Origin: Patescibacteria group bacterium
GTDB taxonomy: Bacteria; Patescibacteriota; Minisyncoccia; Moranbacterales; UBA9337
DNA: 63,303 nt
Assembly: GCA_042569905.1 (NCBI GenBank)
Contig: JBHPHA010000004.1
Span: 1-63,303 of the forward strand
Direction: 5' to 3'
Shown one piece after another: positions 1 through 8,727 of this stretch. Numbering within the stretch: the stretch's first letter is position 1; every line of letters begins with the position of its first letter. The notes under the pieces were generated by a model. It saw only the letters and a program-made list of their open reading frames with translations, searched no databases and was not told the origin of the DNA. Position numbers and translations under genes: made by a program.

Positions 1-198
1 CTTTACGTGCTCTTTATTGTAAAGCTTTTTGAAGTCCTGTCAATTTCCTTTAGTTACCAATATAAATCTATGTCCCTCTTCAATTTTTTCACAAATAAGC
101 TCCTTAAACGAAGTCAAAAAATTATTGTCGATGTCATCAGGAACAATGAGTGACCCTCCTAATGAAATTATTGTTGTATTCTTTCTATCGATAGTCAT
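1..198 (-). pseudogene. Amino-acid-kinase family (UMP kinase-like) N-terminal region interrupted by an in-frame TGA and running off the window
   Basis: ATG at 196-198. MTIDRKNTTIISLGGSLIVPDD.. resembles the N-terminal strand/loop of archaeal-type PyrH and other amino-acid kinases. TGA at 40-42 sits where the GGG loop is expected (..FILVTKGN*QDFKKLYNKEHVK). The same frame stays open to position 1. Confidence 0.4.
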
Positions 199-221
199 AT
201 TATTGCTATTCTTTATTGCGT

Positions 222-253
222 AAAAAAACTGACCTTTTATTAGGTCAGTTTTT
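222..253 (-). terminator. Rho-independent terminator downstream of secF
   Basis: Perfect 10-bp stem aaaactgacc/ggtcagtttt (225-234/243-252) with an 8-nt loop. A/T runs on both sides, so the shape is bidirectional. Confidence 0.7.
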
Positions 254-262
254 AGCAAGAAA

Positions 263-1180
263 TTAATTATTTTTTTTATAATTATAGCTGCTTACCAGCA
301 ATGCTGAAGCAACAAAAACAGATGAATAAGTTCCGAATATTACTCCTGCTAATAATGCTACTGAGAAATATTTAATTGATTCTCCTCCAAAAAATACAAT
401 TGCCAGTAAAACGGCAACAACAGTCAACGATGTATTGATTGATCTTGCAAGAGTCTCGTTCAAAGACTTATTAACAATTTTCTCAAAATCAACTTTATTC
501 CCTGACCTCATCAAGTTCTCTCTAATTCTGTCATATACAACGATCGTATCATTAACAGAATATCCCAGAATTGTTAGGAGTGCCGCAATAAAAGGAATGC
601 CTACTTCTACTCCCAAAAATTTTCCAAGAAGCACAAATATACCAAGTGTTAAGATTAAATCATGAGCCAAGGCAACAATTGCTCCCATCCCATACTCAGA
701 AGAAGGCACTGGATAAGAAACCTTTCTAAAAGCCCAGGCTATATACAACGCAACACCGATAACAGCTACTATCACTGCGATTATTGCATTTTTCTTAATC
801 TGCCCAGAGATTGATGATCCAATAAAATCAACTCTTTTCTGAGTCATATTTTGATTTAACTCCTTCAATTTCTCAACCACTCCCTCATTAGTTTTCTCAT
901 CAGACTCAATATATCTCAATATGAAAGAATTATTTTCTGAAGATTGTATGATTAAATCACTTAAATTTAACTCCGCCAATCCTGCTCTAACTCCCTCATT
1001 AGTTGGGATAACAGCCTTTTCCTCCCCATCACCTTCTGAAAATTGAACTTCCATCAGAGTTCCACCCTTAAAATCGATTCCGGGCTTAAGTCCAATACTG
1101 AAAATTAAAGCGATACTTATAGCCACCAATACGGCTGAGACAATGTATGCGTATTTTCTTTTATCAATAATTTGCAACAT
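263..1180 (-). CDS. secF: Protein translocase subunit SecF
   Basis: MLQIIDKRKYAY..GIDFKGGT.. N-terminus, six-TM SecD/F-type C-terminal core, directly downstream of secD. Start moved to ATG 1178-1180, 7 nt after the secD stop. The track start at 1231 overlaps secD. Confidence 0.9.
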   Translation of the reverse strand: MLQIIDKRKYAYIVSAVLVAISIALIFSIGLKPGIDFKGGTLMEVQFSEGDGEEKAVIPTNEGVRAGLAELNLSDLIIQSSENNSFILRYIESDEKTNEGVVEKLKELNQNMTQKRVDFIGSSISGQIKKNAIIAVIVAVIGVALYIAWAFRKVSYPVPSSEYGMGAIVALAHDLILTLGIFVLLGKFLGVEVGIPFIAALLTILGYSVNDTIVVYDRIRENLMRSGNKVDFEKIVNKSLNETLARSINTSLTVVAVLLAIVFFGGESIKYFSVALLAGVIFGTYSSVFVASALLVSSYNYKKNN

Positions 1181-1187
1181 ATTTTTA

Positions 1188-2918
1188 TTATATTTTATCT
1201 TTAAGATTCTTTTTAACACCACCACACACAAGCCACAATTTACTATTCATCCAATCTCTTGTCAAAAATTGCAACATTACCTTAACCAGAACAATAGCTG
1301 TAAACATTGAAAGCAAAACACCAATAATTAAGATGACTGCAAACCCCTTAACAAATCCGGTACCAAACCAAATCAAAATAAAAGAAGTAATCATTGTAGA
1401 ATAGTTTCCATCTCTAATACTACTCCAAGCCCTTAAAAATCCCTCGTTTACAGCTCCTTCAAGATTTCTTCCACCTATCAACTCTTCCTTTATTCTTTCA
1501 AAAATCAACACATTAGCATCCACTGCCATACCAACAGAAAGTATGAAACCTGCAATTCCAGATAAAGAAAGTGTGATTGGCCAAGCAGATAATGTTCCAG
1601 AAAGCTTAAATATTGAGATCATCATTCCTGCATAAATAATCAAAGCCAATGACGCCACAAGCCCTAGAAACCTATAATAAGCAATCATAAACACCATAAC
1701 AATCGCTAACCCAATAGCTCCCGCTTTTAAACTCTTATTTAACGAATCAGCACCCAAAGACGCTTCGATACTTTGTTGAGAAATAAGCTCAATTGGCACA
1801 GGTAAAGCTCCTTCATTTAATCTTGATTTTAACTCCTTTGCCTCTTCAACAGTAAAATCCCCAGTGATAACAGCTTCACCATTAGCAATCTCACTTTGAA
1901 CAGTTGGCGCACTAATAATCTCATCATCTAGATAGATTGCAACTGTTTTCCCAATATTTCGTTTAGTTATTTCTGCAAACAAATCTCCACCTTCTTTATC
2001 AAACTTCAGTGACACTTGCGGTGTAGACATTCCTTGACTTGCAAAAACAACATTTGCATCACTCAAATTTTTCCCTGTTAGGTCAGTTGATTTATATTTT
2101 AGACTAGGGATCATGTCAGGAGTCCTCTTCAGAAACAAAATATGAGCACCATGAACTTTTCGAATATCTCGTGATTCCTCACCCTCAATCTCCACTTGTT
2201 CTGTTTTCTCTTCAATTTTCTTTACTATATGCCAACCATACTGAGTCACAATTAATTCTGTGTAAACTTGATTATCTTTCAAATCACCATCAAATAAAAC
2301 CTCGTCAATTTCTGGAAACAGAATCCCTCTTTCTTGAAATCCCAAATCACCACCCTCATCTTTTGAGCTTGGATCTTGGCTATGCTCCATTGCTAATTCA
2401 GAAAAATCCTCTCCATTCTTTATTCTTTCCAAAACCTCTTGAGCCAACTCAGCTGTCTGCTTATTCATTGGAGCAAATATTTGTTCAGCTTCCTTCATTT
2501 CTTCCTTATTTTTCTCCTCCTTAAATTCAAGATAAGGAGTTTCCTTGATTTGATCCTTTGCTTCGTTAACATCGCTAACTCCAGGTAGCTCTACGATTAT
2601 TCTATGTTCCCCTCCTGAATATGAAGTTTGCACTAATGGCTCACCTACACCAAAAGCATTTACTCTTCTTTCAATAACATCCTGAGCTGCTTCAAGCGCC
2701 TCAGTTCTCTTGCCTTCATCAACACCAGAAACATCTGCTTTATACTCCAAGTGGATTCCTCCTTGTAAATCAAGTCCTAGACTAATTTTAAATTTATCCA
2801 AAAATGCCTGAGCAGGCGGATAAAAACTTAATGCTTTCGGATAAGAAATAAACCCTACGATTAAGGCTAGCACTATGATTGATAGAAATTTTGTTGTCAG
2901 CTTTTGGTTTAGTTTCAT
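1188..2918 (-). CDS. secD: Protein translocase subunit SecD with an inserted parvulin-like domain
   Basis: LGLDLQGGIHL, ..TPYLEFK.., LTGKNLSDA.., AIYLDDEIISAPTVQSEI..G, EEAKELKSRLNEGALPVPIE and a six-TM C-terminal core. An extra ~140 aa carries a PpiC signature (see findings). Confidence 0.9.
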   Translation of the reverse strand: MKLNQKLTTKFLSIIVLALIVGFISYPKALSFYPPAQAFLDKFKISLGLDLQGGIHLEYKADVSGVDEGKRTEALEAAQDVIERRVNAFGVGEPLVQTSYSGGEHRIIVELPGVSDVNEAKDQIKETPYLEFKEEKNKEEMKEAEQIFAPMNKQTAELAQEVLERIKNGEDFSELAMEHSQDPSSKDEGGDLGFQERGILFPEIDEVLFDGDLKDNQVYTELIVTQYGWHIVKKIEEKTEQVEIEGEESRDIRKVHGAHILFLKRTPDMIPSLKYKSTDLTGKNLSDANVVFASQGMSTPQVSLKFDKEGGDLFAEITKRNIGKTVAIYLDDEIISAPTVQSEIANGEAVITGDFTVEEAKELKSRLNEGALPVPIELISQQSIEASLGADSLNKSLKAGAIGLAIVMVFMIAYYRFLGLVASLALIIYAGMMISIFKLSGTLSAWPITLSLSGIAGFILSVGMAVDANVLIFERIKEELIGGRNLEGAVNEGFLRAWSSIRDGNYSTMITSFILIWFGTGFVKGFAVILIIGVLLSMFTAIVLVKVMLQFLTRDWMNSKLWLVCGGVKKNLKDKI

Positions 2919-2957
2919 TTTAATTATTTTTTAATTAATCATCCTTGTTATTATATT

Positions 2958-3419
2958 CTATCGCGAATTCTTTTTCAAGTACTTATCTGCAGCAGCTAAA
3001 ACATTTCTTGCATTATCAAAGGTTACTTTCTGAACAGCCTTTTCATAATTTAGCCACACAAAATCTATATGCTCATGAGATAACTTCACATCAGATGCAC
3101 TTGTCTCAGCTAAAAAATAAATAACTTTTTTAATTATATTAATTTTTCTACCACTTTCTAGTCGTTCTTTTCTTTCATTCCCCTTAGCTCTGTAGTAATA
3201 ATAGATATTTTTCTTAAACTTCTTTTCCATTCTCAAATCTGTTATTCCAGTCTCTTCTTCTGTTTCGCGGATCATTGTTTCCGCTAAGGTCTCGCCTTTT
3301 TCAGTATGACCCTTAACAAAATCCCAATGATAATTACGGTATCTCAGAAGAAGATACAAATTTTCCCCATTTTCCTCTCTATATATAACAGCTCCAGCTG
3401 ATTTGTCGTACGTTATCAT
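2958..3419 (-). CDS. Nudix hydrolase
   Basis: Canonical Nudix box GHTEKGETLAETMIRETEEETGI. 153 aa. Confidence 0.85.
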   Translation of the reverse strand: MITYDKSAGAVIYREENGENLYLLLRYRNYHWDFVKGHTEKGETLAETMIRETEEETGITDLRMEKKFKKNIYYYYRAKGNERKERLESGRKINIIKKVIYFLAETSASDVKLSHEHIDFVWLNYEKAVQKVTFDNARNVLAAADKYLKKNSR

Positions 3420-3421
3420 AA

Positions 3422-3883
3422 CTATTTATTTTTTATTATTTTTTTAATTCCCTTAATCACTTTATCAAATCCTGGTAATAGCTTATAATCATAAACTTCT
3501 TTCATACTTATCCATCTATAGCCTTGAGCCTCCCAATCAGTTTTAACTTCATCTGTTGAAACTTCTACCAAAACAGGATGAACTATCCAAGTCTTATTAT
3601 ATTGTTCAGATTTTTGATGAAAAATTTCACCTAATTCTATTGATTCTATTTTTTGACTATCAATGCCAAGTTCCTCTTCTATCTCTTCCCTCACCTTCAT
3701 TTCTAAGCTCCTATCGTCATCCAGAAAGCCTGAAATCCCATTCCAATACTCGGGATAAAAACCAACCGCACTACTTCGTTGAACAATAAGAATCTTATCT
3801 TTGTGCATCACGACGCAATTCATTACTGGGCACCAATGAACATTCGTGTAATCAATCTGACCTTTTTTAGGTTGAAACTTCAT
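3422..3883 (-). CDS. Nudix hydrolase
   Basis: Nudix box GFLDDDRSLEMKVREEIEEELGI. 153 aa. Only 2 nt downstream gap to the neighbouring Nudix gene. Confidence 0.85.
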   Translation of the reverse strand: MKFQPKKGQIDYTNVHWCPVMNCVVMHKDKILIVQRSSAVGFYPEYWNGISGFLDDDRSLEMKVREEIEEELGIDSQKIESIELGEIFHQKSEQYNKTWIVHPVLVEVSTDEVKTDWEAQGYRWISMKEVYDYKLLPGFDKVIKGIKKIIKNK

Positions 3884-3947
3884 TTTTTTATTACTTTTTT
3901 ATTACTTTTTTAATTTTATCACAAAGAAGCCTCACTGTCCTCTTTCA

Positions 3948-3988
3948 TGAAATTTAAAAGCCCTAGATAATATTATATCTAAGGGCTT
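3948..3988 (-). terminator. Hairpin terminator downstream of the DHH phosphoesterase gene
   Basis: 12-bp stem with one bulge, aagccctagata/tatctaagggctt (3958-3969/3976-3988), followed on the minus strand by tttaaattt. Confidence 0.45.
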
Positions 3989-3996
3989 CATTCTTA

Positions 3997-5046
3997 TTAT
4001 TCACTTTCGCCAAAAAACTTTTCTCTCAAGAAAAGAGCTACGGAATTTAAAACCGCTTCTTGAACTTTCTTATTCTTCGTTGGACGCAAGAATCCCATAT
4101 TCAAAAGAGCGCCACCTTCTCCTCTCCTATCTGGAGTAAATTTAGCACCAGCATTTTCTTTTCCGAATTTATCCTTTAAAAGCTCGTTGAGAGAGATGCC
4201 GCTACCTTTGCTTCTTGCGGCAATACGCACCATATTATCAATAATACCCCAAACAAAGACCAATGATGTTCCTCTTTCTAGAATCAACAGATCAGCGATA
4301 ATAGAAAGAAAGTCTCCATCTCCAGCACTTATTATTCCAGCATTAGCAATCACATTTTCATCCTGAGACTCTGAATTAGTTAGAGCATGAACCAATATCT
4401 CAAAATAGCTTGGTGGCAATTCAAATGAATTTAGTGCATTTAAATCCACACTTACATCTTCGCCATTTAAATACTCAAATACCTTCACATCTCGACTATT
4501 AGCCTTTATCAGCGACTTAGTATCATTATGTACTCCGAGAGCCAACAACGTTCGGGCTTCCTTCGAAAATGCCATTTCGAGCTTAATTCCCAACTCACAA
4601 ACAAGCGTACTTGCGGAACCAATATCTTCAACCCAATAAAAATGTTCTTGATCCTGCTCAGGCAAGTCCTCACCACGATGATGATCGATCACTATCTGAG
4701 GAATGACATTCTTAAAACAATCTGGCAATCGACTATCTTCAATTTTAGAAGAATCCACCCAGACAAACACCGCATCAACATTACAAGCAACTTCTGCAGC
4801 CTCAATAAACAGATCATAGAGACCATATTGATTGAAAATCTCCTTATTTTGAGGATGTGAGACAACACCATTGTACACTACCTTTACATGCTCACAGCCC
4901 AAAAAACTAAATACTTCCTTGCAACCAAACGCTGCACCAATTGAATCTGGGTCAACGTGACTCATGAGGATGATAATCTCTTTTTCTTTTATCACCTCCA
5001 CAGCTCCATTAAATCTCCCAAAACGTTCATCCGTTAATGGACTCAT
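3997..5046 (-). CDS. DHH/DHHA1 family phosphoesterase (NrnA-like nanoRNase/pAp phosphatase)
   Basis: IILMSHVDPDSIGAA (DxD motif), VIDHHRG (DHH motif), and a C-terminal GGGH-like RRGEGGA region. 349 aa. Confidence 0.8.
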   Translation of the reverse strand: MSPLTDERFGRFNGAVEVIKEKEIIILMSHVDPDSIGAAFGCKEVFSFLGCEHVKVVYNGVVSHPQNKEIFNQYGLYDLFIEAAEVACNVDAVFVWVDSSKIEDSRLPDCFKNVIPQIVIDHHRGEDLPEQDQEHFYWVEDIGSASTLVCELGIKLEMAFSKEARTLLALGVHNDTKSLIKANSRDVKVFEYLNGEDVSVDLNALNSFELPPSYFEILVHALTNSESQDENVIANAGIISAGDGDFLSIIADLLILERGTSLVFVWGIIDNMVRIAARSKGSGISLNELLKDKFGKENAGAKFTPDRRGEGGALLNMGFLRPTKNKKVQEAVLNSVALFLREKFFGESE

Positions 5047-5149
5047 TGATTTCCCTCCTATTTTAATGAATATCCATAGCCAAAAAATGACTTTTGCTTT
5101 TCAAATAACTCAGATGAACTATACTGCCAATTCATACAAGAGTCAATAG

Positions 5150-5186
5150 AATAAAATAAAAACCCTTCACTCATTGTAAAGGGTTT
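5150..5186 (-). terminator. Rho-independent terminator downstream of secA
   Basis: Stem aaaccctt/aagggttt (5160-5167/5179-5186), followed on the minus strand by ttttatttt. Confidence 0.6.
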
Positions 5187-5205
5187 CTTATTCAAATACT
5201 ATTTG

Positions 5206-7863
5206 CTACTTACCGCAACATTTCTTATACTTTTTTCCTGACCCACAAGGACAAGGGTCATTTCTACCAGCAACTTCCTTATTTATAATTGGCTGTTGTT
5301 TCGGAGCATCTCCTTGCTTATTTGATGCAGCATTTTCTTGCATTTTTTTCATCGCCCCAAATTGCTCAACCTGATCACCTGCTCCCTTAAATTCCAAACC
5401 TCTTTCTTTGTTAATTTCAACCTGAGTAGATGATGTTGAAACAGGGGCTATCTTGAAAATTGTGTGCACAACTGTACTTCGAATACTATCCATCAACGTA
5501 CTGAATAAATTAAATGATTCTTTTTTATACTCAATTAACGGGTCTCTTTGTCCATATCCCCTAAGTCCAATTCCTTGTCTCAAATGGTCAATCTCATCGA
5601 GATGACTCATCCACAACGTATCAATAGTCTGAAGCATTATTGCTTTTTCAATTTTTCTTAAATTTTCTTTTCCTATTTCATTCTCTTTATTTGCATAAAC
5701 CTTTTTAAACTCTCCCAGCAAAAACTCAACAGCCTGACTTATCTTTCCAGCATCCGTATCTCCCTTATCCGTGCTAATATTTTTTAACTGCTTTCTTACT
5801 GACTCATCTAATGGATGTATCTTTTTTAACTCTGAAATAATTTGGTCAACATCCCACTCCCCATGTTCTACGTTAGAATAAACTGAAACAGCATTTTCAA
5901 TCTCATCCACCATTCCCTTAAGCATGCTATTTTTTATATTCTTACTCATCAAAACAGCTTTTCTTTTCTTGTAAATCACTTCTCTCTGCTTGTTCATAAC
6001 ATCATCGTAATCCAAAACATGCTTTCTGATGTCAAAATTAAACCCTTCGATTTTTGATTGAGCATTTTCAATACTTCTTGATATCATCTTATTTTGAATT
6101 GGCTGATCCTCAGGAAGTCCAAGAGTATCCATCATACCCTTCATCTTCTCACCCCCAAACCTTCTCATCAATTCATCTTCCATCGAGACATAGAACTGTG
6201 AAATACCTTTATCACCTTGTCTTCCAGCCCTTCCCCTCAGCTGATTATCGATTCTTCGAGCCTCATGCCTTTCTGTACCCATGATATACAAACCACCTAG
6301 ACTTCTAACATCATCGCTTATTTTGATGTCTGTTCCACGACCAGCCATATTGGTTGCGATTGTCACAGCACCTTTCTTACCAGCCCCTGTAATTATGCTT
6401 GCTTCTTTTTCATGATGCTTGGCATTTAAAACTTCATGCTCAACGCCTTTTTTAAATAAAATCTCACTTAGGTACTCAGATTTTTCAATGGCAATGGTAC
6501 CAACTAATATAGGCTGTCCTTTCTTACTAATCTCCGCAATATCATCAGCAATGGCTTCGAACTTACCTTTTTCAGTTTTATATATAACATCCGCCAAATC
6601 CTTTCTTATAATTTGCTTATTTGTTGGAATTTCTGCGACATCCAATTCATACACCTTAGAAAATTCCTCAGCACTAGTAAGAGCCGTACCTGTCATTCCA
6701 GATAATTTTTCATACATTCTGAAGTAATTTTGAAATGTAATTGTAGCCAAAGTTTTTGATTCCCTCTGAACTACCGCACCCTCTTTTGCTTCAATGGCCT
6801 GATGCAATCCTTCGCTATATCGTCTTCCTTCCATTAATCTCCCCGTAAAATCATCTACAATAATAACCTGTCCGTCTTTAACAATATAATCTTTTTCACA
6901 ATTAAAGATAAATTGTGCTTTCAAAGCCTGTTCAAGATGATGAACATAAGTAATTTTTCCTGGAGCATAAATATTATCAATACCCAAAAGATTTTCCACT
7001 TTTGATATTCCGCCATCAGTAAGAGTCACCGCTCTGCTTTTTTCATCAATTTCAAAATCTTCTTCCTCCTTTAGTCTTGGAGCAATTCTTGCAAATTGTT
7101 GATATAGTTTTGTAGACTCAGTATCTGGAGCAGATATAATTAAAGGGGTTCTTGCCTCATCGATTAAGATTGAATCAACTTCATCCACGATAGCAAAATT
7201 CAATTTTCGCTGAGCAATACTCTCAATGCGCGGGGCCATATTATCACGAAGATAATCAAAACCAAACTCATTGTTTGTTCCATAGGTAACATCGGAATCG
7301 TAAGCCTCTTTTCTAGAAATTTGAAGCAGGTTTTCCATCTCAACTGAGACTTCATCATCATCAATTTTTTCTGGAACATATCTATATGAAACATCATGCA
7401 AAATACATGCAGTTGAAAGTCCTAGGAAGTCAAAAATTGACCCCATCCAATTTGCATCTCTTTTCGCCAAGTAATCATTAACAGTAATTACGTGAGCCCC
7501 CTTTCCCTCAAGGGAATTAAGATAAATCGGTAAAGTTGAAGTCAGTGTCTTACCTTCACCTGTTTTCATCTCTGCAATCTTTCCCTGATGAAGAACAATT
7601 CCACCAATCAATTGAACATCATAATGTCTTTCCCCGATAACTCTTTTTGCGGCCTCCCTAACTACGGCGAAGGCTTCTGGCATAATGTCATCCAGTGTCT
7701 CTCCATTACTCACCCGGTCCCTAAAATCAATTGTTTTATTTTTCAGATCCTTATCTGATAGCCTTGAAATCTCATCTTCCCACCCATTAACTTTATCGAC
7801 AATTGGCTGCAACTTCTTTATCTCTCTTTCATTTGAACCGAAAATCTTTTTAAATATGTTCAT
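5206..7863 (-). CDS. secA: Preprotein translocase ATPase SecA
   Basis: 885 aa. MKTGEGKTL Walker A, DEVDSILIDEARTPLIIS, TNMAGRGTDI, and a C-terminal zinc motif CPCGSGKKYKKCCG. Confidence 0.97.
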   Translation of the reverse strand: MNIFKKIFGSNEREIKKLQPIVDKVNGWEDEISRLSDKDLKNKTIDFRDRVSNGETLDDIMPEAFAVVREAAKRVIGERHYDVQLIGGIVLHQGKIAEMKTGEGKTLTSTLPIYLNSLEGKGAHVITVNDYLAKRDANWMGSIFDFLGLSTACILHDVSYRYVPEKIDDDEVSVEMENLLQISRKEAYDSDVTYGTNNEFGFDYLRDNMAPRIESIAQRKLNFAIVDEVDSILIDEARTPLIISAPDTESTKLYQQFARIAPRLKEEEDFEIDEKSRAVTLTDGGISKVENLLGIDNIYAPGKITYVHHLEQALKAQFIFNCEKDYIVKDGQVIIVDDFTGRLMEGRRYSEGLHQAIEAKEGAVVQRESKTLATITFQNYFRMYEKLSGMTGTALTSAEEFSKVYELDVAEIPTNKQIIRKDLADVIYKTEKGKFEAIADDIAEISKKGQPILVGTIAIEKSEYLSEILFKKGVEHEVLNAKHHEKEASIITGAGKKGAVTIATNMAGRGTDIKISDDVRSLGGLYIMGTERHEARRIDNQLRGRAGRQGDKGISQFYVSMEDELMRRFGGEKMKGMMDTLGLPEDQPIQNKMISRSIENAQSKIEGFNFDIRKHVLDYDDVMNKQREVIYKKRKAVLMSKNIKNSMLKGMVDEIENAVSVYSNVEHGEWDVDQIISELKKIHPLDESVRKQLKNISTDKGDTDAGKISQAVEFLLGEFKKVYANKENEIGKENLRKIEKAIMLQTIDTLWMSHLDEIDHLRQGIGLRGYGQRDPLIEYKKESFNLFSTLMDSIRSTVVHTIFKIAPVSTSSTQVEINKERGLEFKGAGDQVEQFGAMKKMQENAASNKQGDAPKQQPIINKEVAGRNDPCPCGSGKKYKKCCGK

Positions 7864-8030
7864 ATTTTACAAAAGAAACAACTCCCTTCTTAAACCTAAA
7901 TCCAAAAGAGTGTTTTTATTTTTTTAATTTTTTTATCTTTTATAAGTATATTAGACTAATGCTTTCAAGTCAAAACAAAAAAGCATTCAGTATGTTTACC
8001 AAATGCTTTATTAAAGTTTATTTCAGACCA

Positions 8031-8579
8031 TCACCTCTTCACTGGAACAGGCACGAGCGCTGGAGCTGGAGAAAAAACCTCTGCTGTCTTTCTAATCACC
8101 TTTTTCAACCAACTTTTCACTTTGCTTTCCGAAGGCGGCAGTGGTGTGCAGGACATAAAATATACAGAAAAAGAAAAAATGAGCCAAGACAATAAAAAAA
8201 CGAGATCATCCTCTCTACCCCTCATAATCCATACTGAAAAATATTTAACTAGTACTCCTAAAACAAAGATTCTAGAGAAAAACCAGCTCTTTTCAAATTC
8301 ATTTCTAAATCTTGGATTACTCTTGACCTTTTTTTCTTGAAAAAAGCATGTCGTAAAATAACATAAGAATAAAATAGCTATGCAAGTATTAACATAACAC
8401 TTCAAAGCAAAAGAATAATCATCTACATGCACACTCATAACAGCAATAGCTCCTACGGCAACAATAGATATCTTTGCCCACAAAAAATTGTCCACCCCGA
8501 ACCATCGATCTGTCCAGTGAGAAAACTTTTCAAATCCCCTTAAAACCAATGATTCAGCATATCTAATTTTATCCAGCAT
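8031..8579 (-). CDS. Hypothetical polytopic membrane protein
   Basis: 182 aa with about 4 hydrophobic segments. Strong SD (aaaggaggagtatt) before ATG 8577-8579. Ends in TGA. No recognisable family. Confidence 0.6.
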   Translation of the reverse strand: MLDKIRYAESLVLRGFEKFSHWTDRWFGVDNFLWAKISIVAVGAIAVMSVHVDDYSFALKCYVNTCIAILFLCYFTTCFFQEKKVKSNPRFRNEFEKSWFFSRIFVLGVLVKYFSVWIMRGREDDLVFLLSWLIFSFSVYFMSCTPLPPSESKVKSWLKKVIRKTAEVFSPAPALVPVPVKR

Positions 8580-8679
8580 AATACTCCTCCTTTTTTACTA
8601 TCTTTTAATATTAACTTTTTAATTTACTTTACTTGAACAATTAACACTACTACACTACACTCTTATTGTCAATGCTCTT

Positions 8680-8716
8680 AAAGCAAAACATCTAGCGAAT
8701 CACTAGATGTTTTTTC
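8680..8716 (-). terminator. Hairpin terminator downstream of the S41 protease gene
   Basis: Stem acatctag/ctagatgt (8688-8695/8703-8710), 7-nt loop, T/A runs on both sides. Confidence 0.55.
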
Positions 8717-8727
8717 AAAAAAGATAC

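Noticed and set aside
2171-2524. A plus-strand 117-aa ORF, and similar ORFs at 13731-14141, 37109-37591, 9206-9625 and 62074-62595.
   Set aside because: All lie antisense to genes with strong homology signatures and have biased, low-complexity translations. They are shadow ORFs typical of AT-rich genomes.
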